DNA of 63,858 nt, filler included, from Choristocarpus tenellus KU-1152 (taxonomy: Eukaryota; Protista; Phaeophyceae): assembly GCA_964200185.2 (NCBI GenBank). It is 12 parts of 12 records of this genome, joined end to end, with 100 filler letters (N's around TTAATTAATTAA, not from the genome) between each part and the next. Parts side by side here need not be neighbours in the genome. Positions count along the whole stretch, not along the records: positions 12,931 to 15,887 come from CAXNAD020023369.1; positions 15,988 to 24,802 come from CAXNAD020004299.1; positions 24,903 to 30,513 come from CAXNAD020010257.1; 9 more parts are not named here. The stretch is one strand, 5' to 3'. Positions within the stretch are counted from its first letter, which is position 1, and every line of letters begins with the position of its first letter. The position numbers and the translations under genes are program-made. Shown one piece after another: positions 14,269 through 27,569 of the stretch. A model generated the notes under the pieces. It did no database searches and was not told where the DNA came from. It saw only the letters and a list, made by a program, of their open reading frames with translations.

Positions 14269-16496
14269 GGATTTGAGATGCATATCCTGTGGAGGTGGGT
14301 TCTGGGGGGTACATTGTAAACGTATACCACAGACGGGATATTTTTACTAGTACAGTTGTACTACCTGTTGTACTTACCATGGAATAGTACTATCGTCACC
14401 AGATTTGTGTGAAAAGCAGTCTGGCGTCGAAGGAGCTTTAGCCAGCCAAATTCATTTTGGTGGCTGCTGCATCAACCACTGACCTATCAGGACACCATCA
14501 ATGAAGGCCTTCTAACACACACCAAATTGTGGTTGTACTATATAAACGAGAAAACAAATCTGTTCACATTGGAATCTATGCACTGGTAATTGCATTTTTA
14601 CTGAAAACAACCAAGAAATATATGATGACACACACAGCTGAAGCTACTCCTAGGTTGCTTCTATGAAGATGGAATATAAATATTGGAAGAATCCTTTGAG
14701 CCTGTCAAGTCCCACCTCGCCTGCTGGTCTGGTGTGCCAAGCTTGAAGTAAATGACACACCTTATAGTTACCACTGGTGCTGTGACACACACAATCGGTC
14801 ACAGGCATACCGCCATCGCTTCCCTCCTACTGAAACCCCAGCCCCGCTACCACCCACTACATAGGTCACTAGCTCATCCAGGAATTGCCCCTTCCTGTGT
14901 GCCTAGCTAGATGGTCGCAGCTTTCTGCTGTGGAGGTGTTTGAGTCCAAACAGTGAGGGTAAGATGCCCATTGTAGATAGGGCGCATCCAGACCTCAGCA
15001 GCAGTAACAAAGCTGCTATTAAAAACACTTCTTTGTATGTGGTAGTTCACTTGGTTCTGTGTAGTCGACATTTAGGAGGCCACGCCTTTCCGGAAGGGAG
15101 CCATGGCTGTGTTGGATAGTTCCTTAGCAAATACCACATACTCTAGAGTACACATAGAAGGTGTAGTCAATTGCTAAGGCACTCCCATCCTCCAGAGTGC
15201 AAGAGATGTAACGGACACTGTCAAGTTACCTCACCGCAGGGGTGTGTGCTGCTACTACGTTTGATCTCCAGTTCAAGTGCATGCCTGTGCGTGCATGTCT
15301 GATACCAACATCTTATCTTCTCCATCCAGCCACAGGGCAGAGGTTGGACTTTGCTTTATTTTACCCCAAAGACCGGTTGACCCCCGTGAGTAGAGATTCC
15401 GGGATAGGATCCACCTTGCCAATTCGCGGGGTTGAGTGGTTACACCCATAGATTGCCACCTTATATGGTAGAGCCAAGTCCGAAGATTCCCTCCTAGGTC
15501 TCAGATCCGCAGGGAGGTTTTCCAGGAATGAAACCTTGTTCTTACAACTTGATGGTACTCTACGAAGAAGTTTCTTCCTTGAGAAAGAACGAACGACTGA
15601 TACTCTGATTGCTTCTTGAAGACCGACGAATTATAGTAATCTTTGAAGAATCCTCCTTAAGAAAAGGACGAAAAAATGAATGATATTCTAAGGAGAGTCT
15701 TGTTCCATGCGGAAGTGATTTGGTTCGAGAAAGGATGTACTCTGGAGTACATATAAGTCACAGATGAATATCAATCTGTGATTATGAATTATCTAGGCTA
15801 GATAAAATGAGTACAAGAGTGTGTCGAATAACCTAGTGTTATCCTTACGTTATTTGTGCTGACACAAGTATACAACATAGGTTATACNNNNNNNNNNNNN
15901 NNNNNNNNNNNNNNNNNNNNNNNNNNNNNNNTTAATTAATTAANNNNNNNNNNNNNNNNNNNNNNNNNNNNNNNNNNNNNNNNNNNNCATGAAAAAATTG
16001 ACCCCAAATGGACAGCCGCCACCCCCCCCCCCAGATACTTTAAGCCTGGTGTTAGCTTTCTTTATGAGAGGGATTTGACCTCTTCTGTGTCCACTGACGA
16101 GATTAGGCTTGTAACTAGTAGTGGCAAGGCGTCAACCCTGTTAAAAATAGGTAGTGCAGCCAAGAAGGCACAATGAAATAAGCGTAGAGGGGGCCACGAA
16201 GCAGGTCAAGCGGTACTCCGGTCAAAGGACACTCGAATTGTACAAATTGCACCACAAAACTTGGGTGAGACAATTCGTAATTATGTCAACTCCTCCTAGG
16301 ACAATAGCCCATACGGAATAAAGAAGAAACGTTGCCCAGGTCCACAGACTTGCATAACGCAGTCGATAGGTTGATCGTGGCTCTCTTTGGCCGCTGAGTC
16401 TCAGGGTAGTACCCTCCTTCCAAATGGAGCAAAACAGTACCAACATTGTCATCCGCCATCGAGTTCTATTGCATGAGCAAGGTCATGTTCTTCTAG

Positions 16497-19400
16497 GCAT
16501 TGTCACTTCAGTCCCCTTATGTCGCCCGACCGATCAAAATACATACGGCACTTGTTACATATATCCTCATGCGAAGCAGGATCAGACGGAGACCCAAAGA
16601 AGGGGCACAAGCAATATCAGACTGCACATTCCAGCCCAAGGTGAAAGGGATTGATTGCTCTTGCCTCAAGCCTCGGGAAAAAAATGGTAGAAATCTAGTG
16701 GTAGCAGTTGCTTTACCAAGGATATCGAGGGCACGAGCAATAGACTTCCAATGGTATCCCTGCTCCATTCTGACCCTTCCTCTAAGTCAAAAATGACTCA
16801 GGTACCAACACTTCCCAGAAATTAGGAATAAACACAGCGGTCAACACAAAATGCATCTCCTGAATGTGAACAAAGCATAATACCGTCCTTTAAGAACATA
16901 CATCTTCTGCTTCACCTATCTTTACATTAATACCTGCTTCCCTTGTCCTTCCCTTGCCCTTCCCTCTTTCAACTCTCAGTTGCAATCTAAGCAGCGTTCA
17001 AGACCACTGGAGAAAGGTATCACCCTGTTTTACACCTGCACATGGTAAGCATAGAAGGTTATCAAGTCGATCTATGGAGTACATTAGAGCACATATATCA
17101 CAGCAACAATGTCAAGGTGCTCACAAAAGCCTTGTATGGCAGGGGCTAAGGAGAACTAACAGTCCATCTATCGCACCAGAGCTCTGGGCACCTTGATGAC
17201 ACTATTTTATCACACATTATACCTTGTCCTAGTTTAATTTCGCCAGTGTGCTCATTCTGTGTTTGAGCTCTCAATCAATCATCACTTTTCAATGCCAGAC
17301 TGAAGTCAATTATTGTAACAATGAGTCAAAGCTAAGAAGAGGTACCCAAGGTTGCATTTGAAGGATTCTGACAAATGACCATAATTCGACCTTTGTACAA
17401 ATGCTTGCAGGGACGTTTCTGAGTTCTGTCAATGTATTTTTTTTAAATGGACAAATAGCCCTCACGTCAATGATATCACTCCATGCATAGCAATAAGGAT
17501 GACTGCCAAGGGTGAAAAGGTTGACCTGGTGACCTTCCCTACAATGGTCAACTAGTCAAGAAGATTTTCATCATAGATTCCCCATTATTATTGGTATGAA
17601 TCAGTAACTTTATCCACGGTGGACAATTATCTTAACACCAAACTTGAGTGCAAGTAGCAGAAACTTCTACTCCAGTACAGCCCAATTGTATTGATTGACC
17701 TCCCCCCCTACGTCGAAAAATGAAGGCCACAATGAAGAGGTCAGATATTACCAAGAACCTTATAGATGAGACCATCTCCCAATACAGCTTTTAAGCGGTT
17801 GTCCCTATCAGCAACAGGTGGGGCAAAATATTCCCTAGTGCAGACAAGACAACCTCTTCCACTGTTGCGCTCGTTGATATGCAGAGTTTTAACAGGTATA
17901 GGATCAACTAATTGTGTCTAAGATCTGGGGATATTAGTTCTATGACTTCCAATAGGGAGACTGCTGTCTATGGTACTTGTATTTGAAACCAGATCTAAGG
18001 AACTCTAGTTAATATACTTCAATTTTTGCGTTGTTGGCATGCCTTCCCCTCTGTGAACCTTTCCATCTCCACCTATTATTTCATTCATTGTAGGTACGCA
18101 TGTCCTCCAGCTGTCTGATGCTTGAAGTGCATGCAGTTTTCCATGACCCCAGTGGTACTTTCGGTAAGCACAGACCATTGATTCTAGAAGCCACTCCGTA
18201 TCTGTCTTGCAGCTTGAACTGCTGCTGGCCCACCACTGAGGAGTCTATGACATTGTTGCTTCAATACAGCGAACCTATCCTGTATGAACTCCAGGTATCT
18301 ACACAACTCTTGCACTCAGTTACTTGTAGAAGACAAAATGTGTTGATTGCAAGGAGAAACCGATAATATGATATGTCCTTCATGGTCCTTGCATTGTAAG
18401 AGCTCATTGACCTTCCAGCATTCCCTACCACTTGCTGCCTTGTACTACCTGAATATCCAACAAAAAGACCTAACATGAACTGCCACATACGTCAAAATCT
18501 GCCCTCCCTGCAACACCACCCTCTGCTCTCGTGATCTTGTTTCAAGGGGTCCATTGTGGAGCGCTTATACCGAACACCACTTGAACATGAGAAAATGCAG
18601 CTGGGACGAGTTCAGTCCAGGGAGAAGCATGAGATTTACGCTTGTACATTTCACCCAGATATTATGGCAAGTCAGAGGTGTGCACATCATGGTGGAAAAT
18701 ATGTTGGACGCCTTTAAGGAGGGAGTGTGACAATACATTGCAACAACGATCCTTACATTTGTGAAACATGCCCCTTTGCGTTAGATATTTCCCTAGTTAT
18801 CAGCAGCTTCTTCGCCCTGCCCTCCAAAACAATTAACCTTAATTTGTGTCGTCAATAGGGAAGTCTTGCCTATCTGTCCACCTTGATTGATACACAACTT
18901 TCCCCCTCAAGTTGCTATGTAGCTCACCTATATTGGCCGTTCAACTGCCCATCATTATCCATGGAAGTAATTGATTTCCACCTTAAAGCGTATGGGTAAT
19001 AGCACTGTGGGTGGTCCTTTCCTGTTCCAACATGTGTCTGTATCTCTCTGGTTGGGCTGTGTTATTCGCATAAAAAGTGTAGCATGCTGAGCCGGGAAAT
19101 ACACAAATGTAGAAACTAATTCTTGTCCATAAGGTTAAGAAATATCAGTGTTTCACCTGCCGACTAGCTGCGACACACACACAAACATATATTGAGAGAT
19201 TTGTTGATGCCTTGGTTGTAATCAAATCAGTGCAACATACCATTCCAATGTTAGGGACAACACACCAAATATATACTGGAAAGCAATCAAGTAACCCCTT
19301 TACTTGGTTAAACTCCAATATTTCACTATCAATATCGATTTGACACTTCTTTTTGTGCTACGGAATACTTCTCTTCTTCTGGAGTTTCCTATGGTACAGT

Positions 19401-22276
19401 TACCTATTGGATCACATTTTCTGTTGTCAGAGGTTTGCTGCGTTCTCATGATGCAATGAAACAGCGTATTTTGTACCACTTCCTAGTGCCAAGGGGGCTT
19501 CCGAATCCCTCCGGAGGCCATCTGTACCCATCTTTGGTCACCTCTACGATTTGCACGGGGTCCGTCAATCCAAGATCAACACCAAGAAGAAGGCAAGTTT
19601 GGAGTAGAGTGAATTGAAAAGCTCAGAATGCGGAGTGAATGATACCTTGCGCTAGGAAAAGGAACAGTATTTGATGCATTGCTTATCCTCAAGAAATGTA
19701 GTTATGCGGAAAGCAGGTTGGATACCAAGAATAGCACGTGTGTATATTTGACACTTCGTTTAGTGTGTGTTTTCTACACTCTTTCTATCCATGTGCTCCG
19801 ACTTCTCAGCCCATGCCTCATCACTCCCACACCCACCCACCACCACGGTTTGTCCACAGGCATGGGTTGCTGATGAGATGAGAGTCGATGTATGTTAAAG
19901 GGTAGAGCCGTGTCCATTTGGGGGCCAAACTCCAATGTTACAATTTTGATGTAATTTTGGTTAAACGTTTGTTAGGAAATGTCATTATCCTTGTTCCGGA
20001 CACACCTTTTCATAACATACACATTTTACCTACTCTGAAACATTTCGGAGTAGGTATAATGACATTAAAATCCCGTGGGAAGCCAAGCCCCAAATGGACA
20101 AACAGGGAAAACTCGTACCCTCTAAGATACTTTCACTCTGAAGGAGTGCACGTTCAGCCCAAAGCTTGTGGCCAAGTTGAAGGCCACACCGTCCACCAAA
20201 AATGCAGAGGTTGCGCCAGTGTAAAAAGGTCTGTTCCAGAGGACAAGTGCTGCTTCCCTCAAAGAAAAGAATCAAGTGAGTACAGAATTAAGTTTCCTTC
20301 AGAGAACAATGCTACCGAGCATGATGATGAAGACAACATCTGAGCAATGTACCAAGGCACACACTGATAGCGTATCTCTAAGTGGAAACTGCTGGCTAGG
20401 CAATATTTCAGAGTACACATTTTGTTGCGTTGTCCTGGCATTCAATTCCCCCCCATCAGGTCCTCTCTTACCGTCCAAAATGCTTTAGAATGCACTGAAG
20501 CAAGTTTTTTTATATTTATTTTTGTAGAGGGTGTAGTTTGCGGCATTTTTTCGCTTAATATTATGTCGGAAATCTGACGGTCTGTAGCAGTGTATTTTGT
20601 GGTGTCTTGTCTACAGACGGCACACTTACCAGTCAGGGACCAATCTTCAATATCCACTAGCAGGTAAATAACGCCTGTCTTCCAGTGACAAAGGATGCCT
20701 TTATCGTTGATCTAGCGAGGATGGATAGCTCTTCTTAAAATTATACTTCGAAGAAAATATACGTTAGCATGCAGAAAGGGTGGAGAAATTATAAAATATT
20801 ATTCTATGTGCCTTGAAGTGCTTCATGCAACGGAGAAGAATTGCATGTCTATGTCCATATTTCTATGCACACCACTCACAGCAACAGCCTGCTGGTATCA
20901 ACATGCATCTCCATGATTAGTCTCTATTCAGACTGGTCCTGTGTAAATTGATTAATCTCGTTTTCCACCTCCTTCATAAAGAAATACTGTCCTCACCTTG
21001 GCAGCTTTCCTCCTTTATTTGCCTCTCACCACAACTTTACAACTTCTGCAAAAACAGGATCCTGAGGTCACTTTCCGGCCCTGACTGGTGTCTCGCCAAA
21101 GAGAGTGTAACGATGACACTGGAATAGACCGCCTTGATACCATGTATCTGGAGGGGAAGGCACAGGTATGATGATTTGTGCTCTTGATGCTATAGTTGAT
21201 GATGCAAGGTTGGTATGCAAGTGGTTTCTTGCAATCAGGTGTCGAGTATTTGGCGGAAAAAAAGGATTCTGCTCCCAAATCTTTTAATGACCTGTTCACA
21301 ATTATGGAGTCAGAGTAAACTAGAGTTACCCAGAGGTGCATTTTAAGGATACTGAAAAATAGGTGCAAAACTATACCTTTTATTAAGCAAAGCATATAAA
21401 ATACTTTCTGAATTCTATCGAAAAGTCTTGAACAATAAAGAAATCAAGAATCCCAAGCCAAACTTAGCAATTCATCCGTAGAAATATGGGTGAATTGAAA
21501 AAGTTTGAAAATCTGGGCTAGTATGCAAATCGCCCCAAAACTGGGTACCTCTCGTTTACTCTGGCCCTGGTCCAATCCAAATGCAAAAAAGATCATATTT
21601 GCTTCCAGAGTCTGCTCTTTATATTGTTTTCCAACACACATCAGTGTCACCACTTAGACATGCTCCCCAGAGCAACCCATGTTGATCCAAGCTAAGGGAA
21701 GAGCATCTCTGGCAGCAGGTGAGACTCACAACAACCTTGAATTTGTCACTAATTCAACTCTCAGTTTCTCCCAAGCACCATTATTCACTCAACTCAACTT
21801 CTACAAAAAGCAACTTATCCACGACCTTCCAGAGGGTTTACCCGCACCAGATCCCCCCATGACTCAACCAAACCATTTGTGAATCGACTGGAGGAGGACG
21901 AGATGATGTTCTGCACCTTCCAGCCCGATATGTCCCCAACAGCAAAGAGGTATAGTCCTTCTTAATCCCACTGGTCCCTTGTCGTTCACCTCTTTTCATT
22001 TTGCGGTAAGGTTGCTTTCTACGAATGGCGAGGAATTGTGAGGTACTAAGTACTTAGAGCCCACTTGAAGATTACCCCCCATTCCCTCAGTCGATTGTCC
22101 GTGAATTTTCATGAGGACATATGCCCACCTAGCCACTAAAAAAATCTGCACAAACAAATTCTCCTGCTTCTATCCACAGTGCAATGAAGGCCGAGGGACA
22201 CAGTGGTGGAATCTTTGAGAACCTCTACCCAAGGAGGCATGAAGTTGAAAGGACAATCTTCACTTGGTCCCAGTAA
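16497..22276 (+). pseudogene. Spliced, decayed gene for a protein with repeated IFERLY...(E/D)CTFxP motifs
   Basis: Exon-like blocks: 16497-16640 (SDCTFQPK), 18547-18677 (IVERLY...ACTFHPD), ~19431-19592 (PIFGHLYD, frameshifted, GC donor), 19860-20275 (EMKECTFSPK, split by a MITE, TAA at 20222), 21058-21165 (DPEVTFRP*, TGA at 21082), ~21811-21949 (MFCTFQPD) and 22180-22276 (IFENLY). Confidence 0.65.
19882..20138. mobile_element. MITE family A, copy 3, inserted into an exon
   Basis: TGA target-site duplication at 19879-19881 and 20139-20141. Removing the element restores GAG ATG AAG GAG TGC ACG TTC (EMKECTF). Confidence 0.88.
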
Positions 22277-23366
22277 ACACCCACGTGCATCCCAAAATAG
22301 TATTTGAGACTGACTTACTTCTTTAGGTAGGTGTCTTGGCTATGGGCAAGGCTGTCATGATCAATGGGCTCGAATAATGCGATCAATGGCCAATAATCGA
22401 TTCAATTTGCGCCTTTGCTCTTCTATATCTCCCAATGTATATGAATGCATGCATCTGAGGGCGAAGGATGCCCAGCATGTGGATTGTACTTCTTTCCCAT
22501 TGGCTGTGTCCCAGGCATCGGGAAGCTCTAACCCTGGGGCACAGTTTGAAACACTATTTGCCACTAGTGAGGGGAACTACCTTTATGCTCAGGAGCCTGG
22601 AGGGAGATGGGGGCAAGGTTAACAACATGCTCTCCCTCAGTCGGAGGGGTGGCAGAGACAATTGGGGCAAGGGTCTCTCCCAATGCTCCCACACACAGAG
22701 AAGAGGGGGATGACACTCAGGTCAACGGAGTGCAGAGGATGACACCGGGGTCGTTCCACAAAGGGAATGCAAGCGAGGAGGAGAGGGGGTAGGAGAGCGG
22801 TACAGGGGGAACATAGGATAGTGGTATCTTGAGTGATAATACAAAGGGGGATGTGACTGTAGGTTGTAAGAGGAATGGGAGCAACAAAGAGTGCATTTTG
22901 GGATGGGAGAACGGAGGATGAAAGATAGGTAATTGGTGGAAATCATGGCTACCAATGAGAATGGGGGTTATCTCCGAAGAGTGAGACAGTTTAAAATATT
23001 GTTCTTTTTACAATCCTGGTGTAACTGGGGGCTCTGAGCACTTCTTTTATCTCACAAAAAAGTCGTGTTTGCCTTGGGGATCATGCGCTGATTGTACATA
23101 TTACATTCTAGTGTCTACAGCATAATAAGTTCAAATGTTTTTCTTACCTTATTTTGGAACCCTCACAAGTGCCCGAGGTAGGTAGGTAGGTACTGTATGT
23201 GGTGTGAAGAGCGAGTTAGGAGGTACAAGACATGCAATTTCTCGGAGAATAAAACCTTTTCGAAGTACGGACAACAGATGCCGTGTGTTTCAAGGGGTGT
23301 AACCTCACCAGTAGAAGAGAGGATGCCCAGAGGACTTTACAAAATCAGATATATCGAGGGGGTTGA

Positions 23367-23547
23367 GGGCCAAAGTATCTGGGAGGGGGGGGTGGCGGCT
23401 GTCCATTTGAGGTCAATTTTTCATGTCGCGATTTTTTGGTGATTTGGTTGCCTGAGTCAGATGAATAATGTAAATGCGCTTTTCCTGATTTTGGTCCAAA
23501 TGGACACCCTGGTTTAGACCCCCATCCCCCCCCAGATACTTTGGGTC
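23367..23547. mobile_element. 181-bp MITE family B (TIR GGGCCAAAGTATCTGGG), related to family A
   Basis: TIRs with a TGA TSD (23364-66, 23548-50). Shares the AAAGTATCT TIR core and GTCCATTTG subterminal motif with family A. Partial relatives at 15988-16045, ~42090-42205, ~48356 and 59689-59712. Confidence 0.8.
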
Positions 23548-24383
23548 TGAAGATACATAACATTTGTCCCAGCAGACGTTTTGGGGTGTTGATTGCAAGA
23601 CAGTGCTTCCTGCTTATAATAAAATCAACGGTAGCATTGGATCGAACACTGTCGTTTTTTTCTACCTTGTAATTTTTATCGAATAGAAGATTATAGCCTT
23701 GTTTACACTTTGTTACAGCTACAGGATAGTCTGTTGTGTTTACCTTTAATCCCCCTCGCAGCTGGTTGTCCGAGGAATCAGGATACTTCCTGAGAAGGTA
23801 ACCTGGTGCTTATAGGTGACACAGCGTCTACAGAGTAATTATCAAGAGTGTGGTGTCTCCTAGCAGTATTGGGCACTTTTCGGTATGTACTTGGAGGTTT
23901 TCACTGTAAAGTAATTCTTGATTATTATGATAGTGATTTGTCATATCTCGGCAGGTCTTCTCGAGCATTTTACCAGGTAAAGCAGGCCCCTATGAGGAAA
24001 GCTCATGTAGAATGGCCGCAACAGCTCTCCACAGAGCAGTGTCCTCTGAAGCACCCATAGAAAGTACCTGCAAAGTGCCTTCTTCTCACGCTACACAAGG
24101 CACATTCAACTATCATAGTGAGGACGTGGTGGGAACGTCTTGGGGAGGGAGACATGCACACAACACAGTGCAAACGCAAGCAAACACCACTTGCTACAGT
24201 TAGACTCGTTCTGAGAGTAAAAATTATGTGAAACTGCCCCCTTGTACCTGTCTGCATATATATCAAATCGGATTTGGATCAGACATACTTACAAATGCAC
24301 GTAGGTCTACAACGTACAATCAAACCAGCCTGCCCAAATTATACACAGCATTCGCTTGAAGGCAGAGATGGTCTGCGGGGCGA

Positions 24384-24688
24384 TCAAGTCATCTCTTGAG
24401 CTGAAGGACCTGCGTGTCTTGCTATGAAGCCATCCTCCTCATCCCCCTGAACCAAATCTTCAACAAGGATGGGTCCGTTTCCTCGAACATGGTCACTTTC
24501 CCCACTATCCCTGGGCTGTTGACCGGTCCAATCTGCCTTGTTTCGCTCCTCACTGCTGTCAAACCTCCCCTCCCCACACCCGCCTTCATTTCTTTCCTCA
24601 GGGTTGCATGCGCCTTCTCCATCACCACCCCCCTCTGACTGATCGACGAGGTAAGACTCAATGAAGTTTGCCCGTTCCTTGTTCATAC
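24384..24688 (-). CDS. Possible terminal exon of an unknown gene (acidic/Gly-rich)
   Basis: 100-codon open frame directly after a pyrimidine-rich CAG acceptor. No recognisable domain. Confidence 0.3.
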
Positions 24689-24902
24689 CTGAGAAAAGGG
24701 ATAGGATTCTCGGTTTGAGTACTCCTCATTAGTCAGCAGGAGATGGTCTTTAGGGAGGGGGAAACCCTTGAGTCGTCTAATCTCTTGAGGGGGGTCTAAC
24801 TTNNNNNNNNNNNNNNNNNNNNNNNNNNNNNNNNNNNNNNNNNNNNTTAATTAATTAANNNNNNNNNNNNNNNNNNNNNNNNNNNNNNNNNNNNNNNNNN
24901 NN

Positions 24903-27160
24903 CGCATCAGTAGGAAGTTTTCTGGCTGCCTGCTCTGAGAAGACGTGCGCAGTCACTTCGACAATGTCTCGCCATCGATGACCTTGGGGAGTATCCCCTC
25001 TCAGGATGGACAGTCCGGCTCCAGCGAGAACATCAGTGCACATTCTAGCGAAATACTGTTCCTTGACCTCGTTCGTGAGCTGCATGTACATCAAATGTGC
25101 GACAGAGTGTGGTTAGGATACCCGTAAAGAACAAGCTTTGTGAGGTTGTCGAGGAATTAAAATCGACCGTGTATATGTGCCGGGGAGGGAAAAGCAGGGC
25201 ATGCGCGTAGCCCATCGAGACCTTACGGGCATGGGGATCGCTGGAAATTGGTCGCTCTGCCGTTGGTCAGAACACGTCAAATCATTCAATTACTGCCTGC
25301 CCTATGTCAAGTGGAGACAAAATGGTTGGGAACGTTTATCCCACCTTTGTCCTGTACATGTGATTGAATCTCCCGCTGTTCTTGAGAGAATATCTCTTAT
25401 ATGTATATGCCGGGGATAGAAAAGCAGGGCATGTGTGTAGCAAATCGAGACCTTATGGGCATGGGGATCGCTGGATGGAAATTGGTCGCTCCGCCGTTGG
25501 TCAGAACTCGTCAAATCATTCAATTACTGTCTGCCCTATGTCAAGTGGAGACAAAATGGTTGGGAACGTTTATCCCACCTTTGTCCTGTACATGTGGTTG
25601 AATCTCCCACTGTTCTTAAGGGAATCCATGGCAGCGTCTGGGTTGGCATTCCAGAGCACTGTGAACATGTGAACCGCTCTGAAGTCGAATTTGTCCTGGT
25701 CGGGTGCGCGTTTTGTGAGTGGAGGAAAAGGTGATATGATCAGGGCAGGAGAATGTGGGAGTGTGCGCGTGTTTGTTGGTTGATGGTGTGTGTCATATGG
25801 TCAATAGCGAAACACATGTCTACATCGTCAATTCAAACTCACAGTATTGGAAGGAAGGGGTTACTACTGTGTTGTTGTTTTGGACTGTTGATGATGGGTG
25901 GTATTTCATGTACTAATAAAAAAAACGGGTGCATCATCGCGCTCACATTCGATCCCTCGCGCTTCTTGTGCTCTCTCCACACACTGAGAAGGATCTCCTC
26001 CAGTTCTTTTTTTTCTGTTAGAGGATATAGCGAGGGGAAGAGATGGGTGGGGTATGTTAGACCACCGACGCGGAATCATCATGGATATATTAGACGAAAG
26101 GTACGCGGTGCTTGACAATCCTTTTGTGAAAGGATTGTTCACAACAGGGTGCCGTGAGAATCTCACCTTCTCTCGCGCATATGTAGACAAGGGTGGCGAT
26201 CGCGTTGCAGAATTGGACGGAGGTCTGGTCTGTGAGTCTATTGACCCCGGCTTCCATATTTGTGTCCTCCCAAGCTTCTTTGAGGAATGCCTTGATCTTG
26301 GCAGCTACCCTCCTCTTAAGAGCCACCTGTAACGCGGTGTCATCACTCCGGAAGTCAACATCACCTAGACAGTACTGGTTACACTTGGTGACCAATGTCG
26401 CCATGCGCGCGCGACGATCAGGGTCCTCCTCTATGTCATTGACAAAAGGGCGGGGCCTGTCGCAACCGAAGTCGCGCCTATATTCCAGGATAGCGGCGAC
26501 CCAGGACACCATCCAGTGGAATATGTCCAGAATGTTGGGCACATGCGACCTACTGGCCGCCACACTCTCTCCTATCGAAATAGATTCATCCTTTTCGCGG
26601 TTACAGTGCGGATAGATCTTCCACATGAAGGTCCTCCTCCTGTTATCATCTCCCTGGAGGTTCTCTGAGATGTCTGAGGCCCACTTCGCAGTGACATGCG
26701 GCGGAAGATTGATGCCACCTGGGATATTTTCCTCTCCCGCGACGCAGTGGATTGTCCTCAACACCATTATGCGGTGTTGTCCGTTCAGGCAAAATAAGAG
26801 GTTGTCGTCATCATCTATATCCCTCTCATCGCCATTCTCGTCTACGTCAAGGTTGCCGTTGGTGATGTAGGTTGCAAGTGGATCGCAACGAGGCACATCA
26901 GAGGGCACGTTCGCCCTGCGCATGTCGGCTTTCATGTCACTTAGGGTCTTACATCTGTAGCACATGGAAAAAGGCTGTCCGCTCAGGATAGCCGCCAGCC
27001 TATCGGTGGCGACAACTGGGTCCGGCCCTAGCTTGGAGAACGTGGACTCCACTCGATCAGTGTGCAGGAGGATAGCATTATACCTCTGTGTCATGTAGGC
27101 AGAGGTTGCAAGGTCCATCGTGCAGGTGGCGCTGATGTTGGACGTTACGATATATGTCAT
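24903..27160 (-). CDS. Spliced ParB/Sulfiredoxin-like (NGQHR) domain protein, 3' partial
   Basis: Exons 27160-26167, 26014-25947, 25695-25579 and 25079-24903 join in frame at GT-AG sites with no stops. Contains LFCLNGQHRIMVL and aligns with the gene at 31718-30614. The true start may lie further upstream. Confidence 0.72.
25171..25625. repeat. ~230-235-bp tandem duplication covering an exon 3' end and its donor site
   Basis: AAAGCAGGGC at 25191 and 25421; TTGGGAACGTTTATCCCACC at ~25326 and ~25560. Confidence 0.9.
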
Positions 27161-27569
27161 CCGTAGGTCTTCAGTAGTTTTCGGGCCTCCGGTCAGCTGT
27201 CTGTGAGGACGGAGGGGAATGTTCGGACATTTGTATCAGCAAGATACATGATGTCCAGGAAGGGGTGGATGCGACGGTTAGCCGAGTGCCATGAGGGGTA
27301 TATTGATATGAACAGTGGTGGACCATGTGATTAATGATGACGCGGTTCTGCACGGAGTGCGGTGTTTGTGTCGTGAATGGGCTAAGCAAGGGAAATATAA
27401 AAAGAACGTAGCGATTGCGTGGAAATGGGGACGGCGTAACGCAAGCCTACTACCAGGAACCTATTTACAAAGAAATATGAAAGTGTTAACGCGGTCGACC
27501 TGGGATGGATATGAATAACAAAAAAACGGAACAATATCTGACGCAACCTGGTGTGAACCTACGCACAGA

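Noticed and set aside
19431-19620. Possible minus-strand mariner remnant
   Set aside because: Better explained as a plus-strand exon (PIFGHLYD...KKK|GC) of the CTFxP-repeat pseudogene.
26090-27160. 356-aa ORF as an intronless viral or bacterial gene
   Set aside because: A donor at 26166 links it in frame to three further exons. The last ~25 ORF codons are intronic.
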